DNA of 32,000 nucleotides, taken from contig NZ_CP097765.1 in the NCBI RefSeq assembly GCF_023585785.1, positions 240,001 through 272,000 on the forward strand. The letters are read 5' to 3'. Both the position numbers and the translations under genes were made by a program. Source of the stretch: Blochmannia endosymbiont of Camponotus modoc. GTDB lineage: Bacteria > Pseudomonadota > Gammaproteobacteria > Enterobacterales > Enterobacteriaceae. A model generated the notes under the pieces. The model made no database searches, had not been told where the DNA came from, and worked only from the letters and a program-made list of their open reading frames with translations. Position 1 is the first letter of the stretch; the number at the start of each line of letters is the position of its first letter. Shown here piece by piece: positions 21,935 through 31,307 of the stretch.

Positions 21935-24900
21935 ATGCGTAATTTAAATGTTTTAGAATTACCTCTGTATGGCATCAATTTAATTGAAGCTTCAGCAGGT
22001 ACTGGTAAGACATATACTCTCATAATAATCTATATTAGATTATTGTTATGTTTAGGGAATAGATCAGATTTTTCCCGTCCTTTAACAGTACAAGAAATAC
22101 TTGTGGTAACTTTTACTAAATCTGCAGCACAAGAACTGCGTCATCGCATAAGAGAAAATATTCATCAATTTAGATTAGATTGTATGCGTGGATATAGTAA
22201 TAATTTTTTATTTTCTAAATTATTATTACAAATACATAATGTAGAATTAGCCATAAATCAATTATTTGAAGCAGAAAAAAAAATAAATCAAGCATCTATT
22301 TTTACCATCCATAGTTTTTGTCAAAATATCTTAAATCACAATACAATCGAATTAAACATGCTGTTTAATACGAATATTGTTGATAATGAAACAATATTGT
22401 ACCAACAAGCATGCGCTGATTTTTGGAGACGGAATTTTTATTCACTGCCATTAAATATAGCTAAATTAATTCAAGAATATTGGAAAGATCCAAATTCTCT
22501 TTTAAACGATATTGTTCCTTATATATACAGATCTAGGTCTAGCCTTGATTGTTACAATCATGACATACATGAAGATAAAAAAAGTATCATAACTTATTAT
22601 GAAAAAATACTGGATCATGTCAATCATGTTAAAAAGGAATGGCATAAAAATAAATATAATATAATTACTATCGTCAATTCTTATGACATTAATCGTAGAA
22701 TATACAATAAAAATAATTTAATACGTTGGATAGACAGAATTAATCAATGGGTCAAACGACCAACAATTGATCATACGATACCTAATGATCTACAACGTTT
22801 TAGAACAACCGAATTAAAGATACATAATAATAGCAATAGATCCGATTATATATGTACTTTATTTGATTCAATAGAAAAATTATATAGCCAATTATCATCA
22901 TTTAAAACATCAATATTTAAAATTGCAATAAATGAGATACATAATGATTTAAATAATACTCAACATTGTAGGTCAGAAATTACTTTAAACGATCTTGTTG
23001 ATGTATTAGCTCATCATTTAGTTACAGATAAAGACAATAAATTAGCACATATACTGCGTACACGTTATCCGGTAACGCTTATTGATGAGTTCCAAGATAC
23101 AGACTGTCAGCAATTCAAAATTTTTAGTGCATTATATAATTCTGACTCAGAAAATGGTCTTATTTTAATAGGAGATCCCAAACAATCAATTTATGCCTTT
23201 CGTGGGGCTGATATATTTTCGTATATGAAAATACGTCAAACAGTATGTAACAAATACAATCTTAATATTAATTGGCGTTCGTCGTTAAATATAGTTAATG
23301 CTATTAACCAATTATTCCAATTGGTTCCTAATCCGTTTATTTTTGAAGATATTCCTTTTATTCCTTCAGTAACTGCTAGTCGAAATAGTATGTATCGGTT
23401 TTTGATAAACAATCAATCGCAAACAGCTATGTGTTTTTGGTTACATCCTGATGAGATAGTTACAATAAATGACTATAAACGATCAATGGCACAGGAATGT
23501 GCCACTATTTTATACAATTTATTACATGAAATACGTAATGGAACAGCTTGGTTAGAAAATGATCAGTATAAAAGAAAATTAGAAATATCGGATATAACTG
23601 TATTAGTACGAAATCATGAAGAAGCATCACTTATTTGTTCTGCTTTATCAAAAGTAAATATATCAACAATATTTCTATCCAATCATAAAAATATTTTTGA
23701 AACAATGGAATCTTATGAATTATCATTATTATTACGAGCAATCTTATTTCCAGAGAGCCATACAATTTGCACTGCTTTAACAACTATTTTTTTTGGATTA
23801 AATGCCACTGATATTGAAAGTATTAATAATAATGAATCTAAACAAGAACAAATATTTGAGAAATTTTTTGAGTATTATTCCGTTTGGAAAAAAAAGGGTG
23901 TGTATTTGATGATACAGAAAGTAATTTTTGACCATAAAGTACCAGAAAAGTTATTGTCTACGCGAGTAGGTGAAAGTAGTTTAATAAATATTTTGCATTT
24001 AGGTGAATTATTGCAAGATGCTGCAAGACAGTTACAAGATGAGCACGCACTTATGGAATGGTTAATATTAAAAATAACACAACCAAAAAATAAAAAAATA
24101 TCTGATCAAAATTTACGATTAGGAAGTGATCATCAATTAATAAAAATTAGTACAATACATAAATCTAAGGGATTAGAATTTCCATTAATATTTTTACCAT
24201 TTGTAGCAGACTTTAATTATGTAAAAAATCCTTTTTTTCATGATAGAAAATCATATAAAACCCATTTAAATTTCAATGCATCAGAGTCAAATTTAATATT
24301 GGCAGATGAAGAGCGTTTATCAGAAGATTTAAGGTTATTATATGTAGCGGTAACTCGTAGTATTTATCATTGTTCTATAGGTATTGGTCCAATAGTACGA
24401 CGATACAAAAAAAAATCTAATACCAATGATTTACATCACAGCGCCTTAGGATATTTAATTCAAAAAAAAACTGCTGGAAACGCAGCAACATTAAGGAAAC
24501 ATTTAAAAAGGCTCAGTGTTTATTCGAATGGTGATATTTCCTTCCGTATTATTTCAAGATCGCAAGAACTATTTTCTCATGTATCGTCTGTTGCATCTAA
24601 TCAATTGCTATGCGGAAAAAATTGGAAGACATCACTAAATATTATTCCGTGGAGTATAACAAGTTTTAGCGCTCTACAACATACTGATGTTGATGTTACA
24701 ACATGTTTAAATTTAGAAAAACAATTAGATATCAGTGAACACATTCAGTGTCAAGAGAATGATATTCCATTGACACCACATACTTTTCCTAAAGGAAAAG
24801 TATGTGGTAACTTTTTTCATAGTATCTTTCAAGTTCTGGATTTTAGAAAACTTGTGGATATGAAATGGTTATACGCACATATGGCAAAATATAATATTGA

Positions 24901-25498
24901 TCCAATTTGGGGATTTGTTGTCCGAGAATGGATATATATAGTACTCAATACCCCCCTTAATAATAATAATTTAACTCTTGCGCAAATAATTCCTAAGAAT
25001 AAAAAAACTGAGCTTAAATTTTATTTATCTATTAATACGTATTTAACATCGAAAGAATTAGACCATTTATGCAAAAAATATGATCCTTTATCACGTAAAT
25101 CTTCATCGCTTACTTTTTTGGATATAACAGGAATGTTAAAAGGATTTATTGATTTAATTTTTCGCTGGAATCATCGGTATTATTTATTAGATTATAAAAC
25201 CAATTGGTTAGGAGACAACAATGAAGATTATGTTGGCTCTAAAATAACACAAGAAATGATTAAACATCATTATGCATTGCAATATCAACTTTATACTTTA
25301 GCGTTGCATCGGTTTCTACGTAATAGACTCGTTTCTTATAACTATGAAAAAGATTTCGGAGGAGTATATTATTTATTTATACGCGGTATGGATGGAACAC
25401 CGTTGAGTAATGGAATTTATTTTTTTCGTCCATTATCGACATTTATTAATGAATTAGATAATTTATTCTTTAAAAATAATCTAAACATCATTAGATGA
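21935..25498 (+). CDS. recB: exodeoxyribonuclease V beta subunit (RecB helicase-nuclease)
   Basis: 1187 aa (E. coli 1180). It has Walker A EASAGTGKTYT, DEFQDTD, GDPKQSIYAFRGAD, TIHKSKGLEFP and LLYVAVTRS. The nuclease domain has GFIDLIFRWNHRYYLLDYKTNWLG and QYQLYTLALHRF. Confidence 0.96.
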   Translation: MRNLNVLELPLYGINLIEASAGTGKTYTLIIIYIRLLLCLGNRSDFSRPLTVQEILVVTFTKSAAQELRHRIRENIHQFRLDCMRGYSNNFLFSKLLLQIHNVELAINQLFEAEKKINQASIFTIHSFCQNILNHNTIELNMLFNTNIVDNETILYQQACADFWRRNFYSLPLNIAKLIQEYWKDPNSLLNDIVPYIYRSRSSLDCYNHDIHEDKKSIITYYEKILDHVNHVKKEWHKNKYNIITIVNSYDINRRIYNKNNLIRWIDRINQWVKRPTIDHTIPNDLQRFRTTELKIHNNSNRSDYICTLFDSIEKLYSQLSSFKTSIFKIAINEIHNDLNNTQHCRSEITLNDLVDVLAHHLVTDKDNKLAHILRTRYPVTLIDEFQDTDCQQFKIFSALYNSDSENGLILIGDPKQSIYAFRGADIFSYMKIRQTVCNKYNLNINWRSSLNIVNAINQLFQLVPNPFIFEDIPFIPSVTASRNSMYRFLINNQSQTAMCFWLHPDEIVTINDYKRSMAQECATILYNLLHEIRNGTAWLENDQYKRKLEISDITVLVRNHEEASLICSALSKVNISTIFLSNHKNIFETMESYELSLLLRAILFPESHTICTALTTIFFGLNATDIESINNNESKQEQIFEKFFEYYSVWKKKGVYLMIQKVIFDHKVPEKLLSTRVGESSLINILHLGELLQDAARQLQDEHALMEWLILKITQPKNKKISDQNLRLGSDHQLIKISTIHKSKGLEFPLIFLPFVADFNYVKNPFFHDRKSYKTHLNFNASESNLILADEERLSEDLRLLYVAVTRSIYHCSIGIGPIVRRYKKKSNTNDLHHSALGYLIQKKTAGNAATLRKHLKRLSVYSNGDISFRIISRSQELFSHVSSVASNQLLCGKNWKTSLNIIPWSITSFSALQHTDVDVTTCLNLEKQLDISEHIQCQENDIPLTPHTFPKGKVCGNFFHSIFQVLDFRKLVDMKWLYAHMAKYNIDPIWGFVVREWIYIVLNTPLNNNNLTLAQIIPKNKKTELKFYLSINTYLTSKELDHLCKKYDPLSRKSSSLTFLDITGMLKGFIDLIFRWNHRYYLLDYKTNWLGDNNEDYVGSKITQEMIKHHYALQYQLYTLALHRFLRNRLVSYNYEKDFGGVYYLFIRGMDGTPLSNGIYFFRPLSTFINELDNLFFKNNLNIIR

Positions 25499-25786
25499 AT
25501 AATGCTTAGATTTTATTTAATAATAGGAACACTATTTTTTTTATAGAATAATAAAGATGCGATCTAATATATTAACGATTTAAGTGTACCTATCTATCTT
25601 AATAAGCACACATACGAACTTACATATAATTATTAATTCAAATAGATAACTTATATCTAAAAAGATACAGTATAAATTATTTAAGTGAAATTTAAAATTG
25701 TAATTATTCGTTTTTAACTAAAAAATACAGTTTTTCTGTCGTTTAAAATATATAAATCTAATACTGTAGACCATAAAAATAGTCCC

Positions 25787-27694
25787 ATGAAAAATATTAT
25801 TAACAATATTTTAAAATTAGGGTTGTGGCATTCACTAGATGTACAATTTGCCGATGTATTAGCTCTTCCCATTTATGATGGGAATCGACATAATAATATA
25901 AAGGAAGCATTAATGTTAGCTAGCGCAACTCTAAGCTCTAACGTTAGGGCTGGTCATGTTTGTTTACCTTTATGGTTTCTTACTCCTGATAAATTATTTC
26001 AAGGAAATTATCCTGAATTAACGTATGCGATATATAGAAAATTGGGGAAATTATCGATATCTGACTGGCAGGAATTATTGCTTTCTTGTCCTGCGGTTAG
26101 TGATGGATCACGGGTCACCCCATTAATATTGGAAAATAAGCGTTTGTACTTACATCACATGTGGCAAGATGAATGCATAGTCGCGCAATTTTTTAATCAT
26201 AAATATCCATCAAATGTTTTTCAAAAAGAAAAAATAATTCATGTATTAAATCAATTATTTCCTATAACTTATACAGAAGTTGATTGGCATAAAATAGCTA
26301 CTGCTATTGGCGTAACGCATCACAGAGTGTTAATTTCTGGAGGACCTGGAACTGGAAAAACATCTATTATAGCGAAGATAGTAGCTGCATTATTGTTATG
26401 CAGCAAGAATCATAATCTAAATATTCAGATAACCGCTCCAACAGGAAAAGCAGCAGCTCTTTTGACTGAATCCTTTAAAACAACAATGCACAATATTCCA
26501 CAATTAGAAAATCTTCTCTTATGTAACTTACCAGAAAAAGCTACTACTCTACATAGTTTACTTAGAACACGATTATATAAAGAAAATATTCAATATAATT
26601 GCTTTGATCTCACACGCTTAGATCTTTTAATTATTGATGAAGCTTCTATGGTTAGTCTATCTATGTTAGCTCAGCTTATTTTGACACTTTCTCCCCAAAC
26701 GAAAGTTATTTTTTTTGGTGATCAATATCAATTATGTTCAGTAGAACCTGGATCCGTATTTAAAGATGTGTGTCAATTTTCTAATTTTTATTATTCTCGT
26801 AAACGTTATCAAGAACTTATAGATCTTACAGGTTACATATTGCCTATTATATCTCCTTCTGAATCATCTGTGCATTATAATTATAATAGTATTATTGATG
26901 GTACATGTATACTAAAGAAAAATTATCGATTTAGTGAAAGTTCAGGAATTAATAAATTATCTGGTGCTATAAATTCAGGAGATTATAATCATGTATTGTC
27001 ATTGTTAAATTCAAACATATACAAGGATTTATATTATATTTATTTTGTAGACAAAAAAAGCTATATAACTATGATTCTTAATTGTGCAATGGCATATTCT
27101 AACTATTTACAAAAATTGAAACACACTCAAATCCTAACAAAAAATATTTTAAAGATTTTCAATCATTATCGCATATTGTGTGCATTGCGTGATGGTCCGT
27201 TCGGAGTAATAAGGATTAATTATTATATTGAACAAATATTAAATGAGAAAGGATTAATTCAATTAAATAATTCTAGGAATTATATAGGTAGACCTATTAT
27301 TATATTACGTAATAAACCAGCATTAGAATTATATAATGGAGATGTTGGGGTATTGTTGTTAAATGATCAAAATAAATTATCTGCATATTTTATTTTACCA
27401 CGAGGAGGTATAAAAGTTATACAAATATATCAATTACCGGAGCATGAAACTTGTTTTGCTATGACTATACATAAAGCGCAAGGATCTGAATTTCAACATA
27501 TCGCAATAATATTACCCAATAAATATACACCATTATTAACACGAGAATTATTCTATACTGCCGTCACTAGAGCTCGTCAATGTCTTTATTTATACGCGAC
27601 AGATCACGTAATAATACGCAGTGTTAATTCGATCACACAACGTTATAGTGGATTATATGAAAAAATAAAAAATCATATAATTCCCATGGTTTAA
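25787..27694 (+). CDS. recD: exodeoxyribonuclease V alpha subunit (RecD helicase)
   Basis: 635 aa (E. coli 608). It has LDVQFA and GHVCLPL near the N-terminus, Walker A GGPGTGKTS, IIDEASMV, TIHKAQGSEF and YTAVTRAR. Confidence 0.94.
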   Translation: MKNIINNILKLGLWHSLDVQFADVLALPIYDGNRHNNIKEALMLASATLSSNVRAGHVCLPLWFLTPDKLFQGNYPELTYAIYRKLGKLSISDWQELLLSCPAVSDGSRVTPLILENKRLYLHHMWQDECIVAQFFNHKYPSNVFQKEKIIHVLNQLFPITYTEVDWHKIATAIGVTHHRVLISGGPGTGKTSIIAKIVAALLLCSKNHNLNIQITAPTGKAAALLTESFKTTMHNIPQLENLLLCNLPEKATTLHSLLRTRLYKENIQYNCFDLTRLDLLIIDEASMVSLSMLAQLILTLSPQTKVIFFGDQYQLCSVEPGSVFKDVCQFSNFYYSRKRYQELIDLTGYILPIISPSESSVHYNYNSIIDGTCILKKNYRFSESSGINKLSGAINSGDYNHVLSLLNSNIYKDLYYIYFVDKKSYITMILNCAMAYSNYLQKLKHTQILTKNILKIFNHYRILCALRDGPFGVIRINYYIEQILNEKGLIQLNNSRNYIGRPIIILRNKPALELYNGDVGVLLLNDQNKLSAYFILPRGGIKVIQIYQLPEHETCFAMTIHKAQGSEFQHIAIILPNKYTPLLTRELFYTAVTRARQCLYLYATDHVIIRSVNSITQRYSGLYEKIKNHIIPMV

Positions 27695-27769
27695 TGAATG
27701 AACAGTTTGTGTTTTATTATGTACATTATTTGAAAATGTGGTGTTATGTGTTGTATTGTGTAATATATG
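27695..27769 (-). terminator. candidate Rho-utilisation (rut-like) tract in the recC 3' UTR
   Basis: On the + strand, 27695-27769 has 17 G and only 2 C (at 27703 and 27724). The recC (minus-strand) transcript is therefore C-rich and G-poor over about 75 nt, starting about 55 nt after its stop. I found no intrinsic hairpin/T-run terminator in this convergent spacer. Confidence 0.25.
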
Positions 27770-27824
27770 CAATTTTTAATTATAAAATATTTATTATTTT
27801 TTTTGATGTAAAATTTGTAAATCG

Positions 27825-30800
27825 TTATATTATTCTGTACTTCATTGGGTTAAAAAAATAATGTTCTGCAGTTTTAATAATTTTTGAGATGTTTTCTTCA
27901 CTTAAATCAAATGAGATAAGTTTACGTAAATATGGATCGTGACTTTCTCTGAAAAGAGAATATTTGGTACCTTGCCAAACTTGTATTAGTTTTCGATGTG
28001 CTTCTTTTTGACAATATGGATTTGGAGATATTGTTCGAGTATTCCAGTCAAATACATGATTAATCCAAGCTCCTCCAGACTGATATAGTAACAATATGGG
28101 TGTGTTTATACCCGTGCGGTAATCTGATATTAGAGTGAATAATAACTTTTTTGCATGCAGTTTTGATAAATTAGGAAAATGCCATGCATCATTAATACCA
28201 AATAATCGACTATCACCTTTTCCACCTATAGCACAATAAGTTATATGTTCTAGCCACAACAATAATACATCTTTCATAGAAAGATATCGAGGTTTCCAAC
28301 GTGTCAATCCATTTTCTTGCACTGCAGTTAATTGCCCGAATAATCTAGTCGTATCAAATGTTAAAGAAATATCTAGGTTATCTTTTTCAATACAATGATA
28401 CGTTTTTATTTGATTCGCTAATATTGTCATTTTTTTTTGTTGTTTAGTCCAATATAATTTTCCAAATACACCATAAGGTAGAATTCCAGAAGCACACATA
28501 CTATGATATAGTTCATCGGTATTTTTACTATGAATTAGATAATCAATCAATTGCATATTTAATTCATAACGATTGAGTCCATCTACGGAAAAAGGTTCTT
28601 CATTTGATAATTTCAATATATTTTGATCAAAATACACATTTAATCGTTTTTGAAACCATATGCGTACTGGATGGCGATAAAAGTTGTATAAATCTTGAAA
28701 CATTATTGTTTTTGTGAGGTTATGAGAAAACGAAGTATTAAAATTCGGACAGATTAATAAAGAATGATTTGTATTAATATTTGTTGTAGGTAGCCATTCT
28801 TTAGCAAAACTTTGTTTATTATTGTTAGGATTGAAATTTTCAGGAGAAAAAGGAAACGGAGGATACCATTGACATAAACGCTGACGTATATGTTTGATAT
28901 TAATATCTATATCTATATTTTCATGTTCTTTTGAATAAAAATTTAAAGCAATATATTCTAAAAGTTCATTGATTAATACGGAAGGGTAACTCATGCTATT
29001 ATCATAAATTGAGCGCCCGATAAAACTAATATATATCTTTTCTTGAGCTAATAAAAATGCTATCAAAAACGAATAACAATCTTTTTCGTGTATGTTATTG
29101 TCATTTCTACGCGGATTTTTAACCATTAAATTAAAGTCTGGAGATATTTTATTGCGAGGAAACTTATTATCATTCATACCTAAAAAACACACTACTTTAT
29201 AAGGAATACAGAAAATTGGAGTAATATTGCAAAAATTAATTACATTTGGTATAAACCGGGGGATTACAGTGTCTTGTGTTAATTTGCGACATAATTTATC
29301 GCGTAGTGCTGTTATACTTATAGTTTGAGTATATTCTGCTTGTATGCCTGATTCTAATATATCTCTGTAGCAGTTTTTTAAGAAAAGTAAGACTGTTTTG
29401 TTTTCTGAATCCAGATGATCACAATGAAAAAAATCGTCAATTATTTCTTTGAAATAGGATATCCATTCTACCAACGTATAAGAATGACCGAATCGGTCCC
29501 TCCATTTTTTTAATGTTTTTAAAAATTCTCCTAATTGACCAATAATATTGATATGATCTCTGATTATTATATCATCATACGGTAAAATTTTTTCCCAGGT
29601 ATCATGTTGATTTTTTATAGCGTAACCTAATAACATTCTATTTAATCCAAAATTCCAAGTATTTTGATTAATAATAGGTAAATTAAAATTATACATGGTG
29701 TAATCATCAAGTCCCCACCTAATACCAGATTTAATGGTCCATTGGTGTAATAATTTTACTTCTTCTTTGTTCATTTTAAAACGAGATGCAATAGATGGTA
29801 CTGTTAAAAACGACAAAATTTCTTCAGAAGTAAATCGACTATATGGTATGTTAAGTATATTAATAAAAGTTGATATAATTGGATGTGTATTTTTTTTATA
29901 GTTATCTATTGCTATATTAAACGGTAAATGTCGATCTTGTATATTATCAAATATAGTTTGAATAGCTGATTTATAACAGTGTACATCATAAGCCATAACT
30001 ATGATGTCTCCTGGAGACAGCGATGGATCATCTGCCATCATTGATAACAAATTATCATGTAACACTTCTACTTCTCGTTGAATACTATGACAAACATGGC
30101 AAGTAATTGATTGATCTTCTGATGATAATATATGTCGGTGATTATTTGTAGATGTTGTAGTATCAGGTTGTTTTTTTATATTTTTTATATGATTCTGAAA
30201 TTCTAAAATGTTTTTTTGTACAATGTGAAGCAAAGAATCTTGTTTAGGAATAATAAAAGATTTTAGTTCAATTTTATCTTTTAATTGAGTAAACAAAGAT
30301 AAAGTATCATAAGCAACATCGCCCCATGCATCTAATAAAGGATGATTGATATTAGAATAATGACTATGATTGGAAAAATGAACAGCAACAGATGAAGATG
30401 AGCGCAATGCATTCTTATTGCATAATTGGTTTTCTTGTTGTGTTACGTCATACGAATCTTGATCAGATATATAAATCAAATTATGATAACAGGGATTTAT
30501 AAACCATAAGTAAATATCAATATGGTAACTTAATAATTTTAATATATTCCAATATATAGGCGGTATAGATGTTATTCCAAAGATAAATATTCTACTTGGA
30601 AGATAATTAAAAATTATCTTCTGAGTATTTTTTAGAAAATCAATACAACGTTGTAAAGGATATATATTACCCTTCAATTTTTGCTGATTACATCGTATAT
30701 TCTCTAAGAACATACGCCATATTTTTGATTGCCAGGTTTGATGTGTGTCATCTAAATAATTTATTATTTCATTGGATTCCCAATTGTCCAACCAATCTGG

Positions 30801-31226
30801 GCGATATATTAAATATTGAATAAATAAATTGGAAAGTTGTTCAGAAAATTGACTTATTTTTTGTTGATTGACATCACCATATAAGTATTTGTATATAATA
30901 GAGCACTTTTTTGATATTTGCATTTGAGATAATATTTTCATAAATTTCCAATACATGATAGACTGTGAAAAGTTATCTGCTATAAAATTATTAGGTTCTA
31001 TTTTATTAGAAATATACTGCATGAAAGACATTAAAGTCATAAATTTGATATTACATGCGATACCAAAATGATTGGCTATTTCTATCTGTATCCATTGGTC
31101 CATAATACCGTGTTCTGTTAATATTATTTCAGATTGCATGGGATCAGGAAGTGATTTATCTGACATAGTATTAATTAATAGATTTTTGAATGAATTTGAT
31201 TGGTTAGAATGATAAATAGTAAACAT
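27825..31226 (-). CDS. recC: exodeoxyribonuclease V gamma subunit (RecC)
   Basis: 1133 aa (E. coli 1122). It has IYHSN at the N-terminus, QYLIYRPDWL, HVCHS.QREVEVLHD, SGIRWGLDD and RMLLGYA, which align with my recollection of E. coli RecC. Confidence 0.94.
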   Translation of the reverse strand: MFTIYHSNQSNSFKNLLINTMSDKSLPDPMQSEIILTEHGIMDQWIQIEIANHFGIACNIKFMTLMSFMQYISNKIEPNNFIADNFSQSIMYWKFMKILSQMQISKKCSIIYKYLYGDVNQQKISQFSEQLSNLFIQYLIYRPDWLDNWESNEIINYLDDTHQTWQSKIWRMFLENIRCNQQKLKGNIYPLQRCIDFLKNTQKIIFNYLPSRIFIFGITSIPPIYWNILKLLSYHIDIYLWFINPCYHNLIYISDQDSYDVTQQENQLCNKNALRSSSSVAVHFSNHSHYSNINHPLLDAWGDVAYDTLSLFTQLKDKIELKSFIIPKQDSLLHIVQKNILEFQNHIKNIKKQPDTTTSTNNHRHILSSEDQSITCHVCHSIQREVEVLHDNLLSMMADDPSLSPGDIIVMAYDVHCYKSAIQTIFDNIQDRHLPFNIAIDNYKKNTHPIISTFINILNIPYSRFTSEEILSFLTVPSIASRFKMNKEEVKLLHQWTIKSGIRWGLDDYTMYNFNLPIINQNTWNFGLNRMLLGYAIKNQHDTWEKILPYDDIIIRDHINIIGQLGEFLKTLKKWRDRFGHSYTLVEWISYFKEIIDDFFHCDHLDSENKTVLLFLKNCYRDILESGIQAEYTQTISITALRDKLCRKLTQDTVIPRFIPNVINFCNITPIFCIPYKVVCFLGMNDNKFPRNKISPDFNLMVKNPRRNDNNIHEKDCYSFLIAFLLAQEKIYISFIGRSIYDNSMSYPSVLINELLEYIALNFYSKEHENIDIDINIKHIRQRLCQWYPPFPFSPENFNPNNNKQSFAKEWLPTTNINTNHSLLICPNFNTSFSHNLTKTIMFQDLYNFYRHPVRIWFQKRLNVYFDQNILKLSNEEPFSVDGLNRYELNMQLIDYLIHSKNTDELYHSMCASGILPYGVFGKLYWTKQQKKMTILANQIKTYHCIEKDNLDISLTFDTTRLFGQLTAVQENGLTRWKPRYLSMKDVLLLWLEHITYCAIGGKGDSRLFGINDAWHFPNLSKLHAKKLLFTLISDYRTGINTPILLLYQSGGAWINHVFDWNTRTISPNPYCQKEAHRKLIQVWQGTKYSLFRESHDPYLRKLISFDLSEENISKIIKTAEHYFFNPMKYRII

Positions 31227-31285
31227 TGCGTAATAAAATTATTTAATTTAAATGGGGTATGTTTTTATTAAACTGATATCTATAT

Positions 31286-31307
31286 ATCCTCTATATATAC
31301 AGAGGAT
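31286..31307. repeat. inverted repeat ATCCTCT-N8-AGAGGAT (7-bp stem hairpin) upstream of recC
   Basis: Read directly: the arms are 31286-31292 and 31301-31307, with the loop ATATATAC between them. It is the only GC-containing island in an otherwise very AT-rich 457-bp spacer. No adjacent U-run, so function is unknown. Confidence 0.45.

Noticed and set aside
21710-27824. I looked for inverted repeats at the two boundaries of the flipped recB-recD block (21710-21934 versus 27695-27824) that might have mediated the inversion.
   Set aside because: Comparing one spacer by eye with the reverse complement of the other gave only a shared AT-only word of about 9 nt (AATAAATAT). That is expected by chance at this composition. 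A proper alignment could still reveal something.
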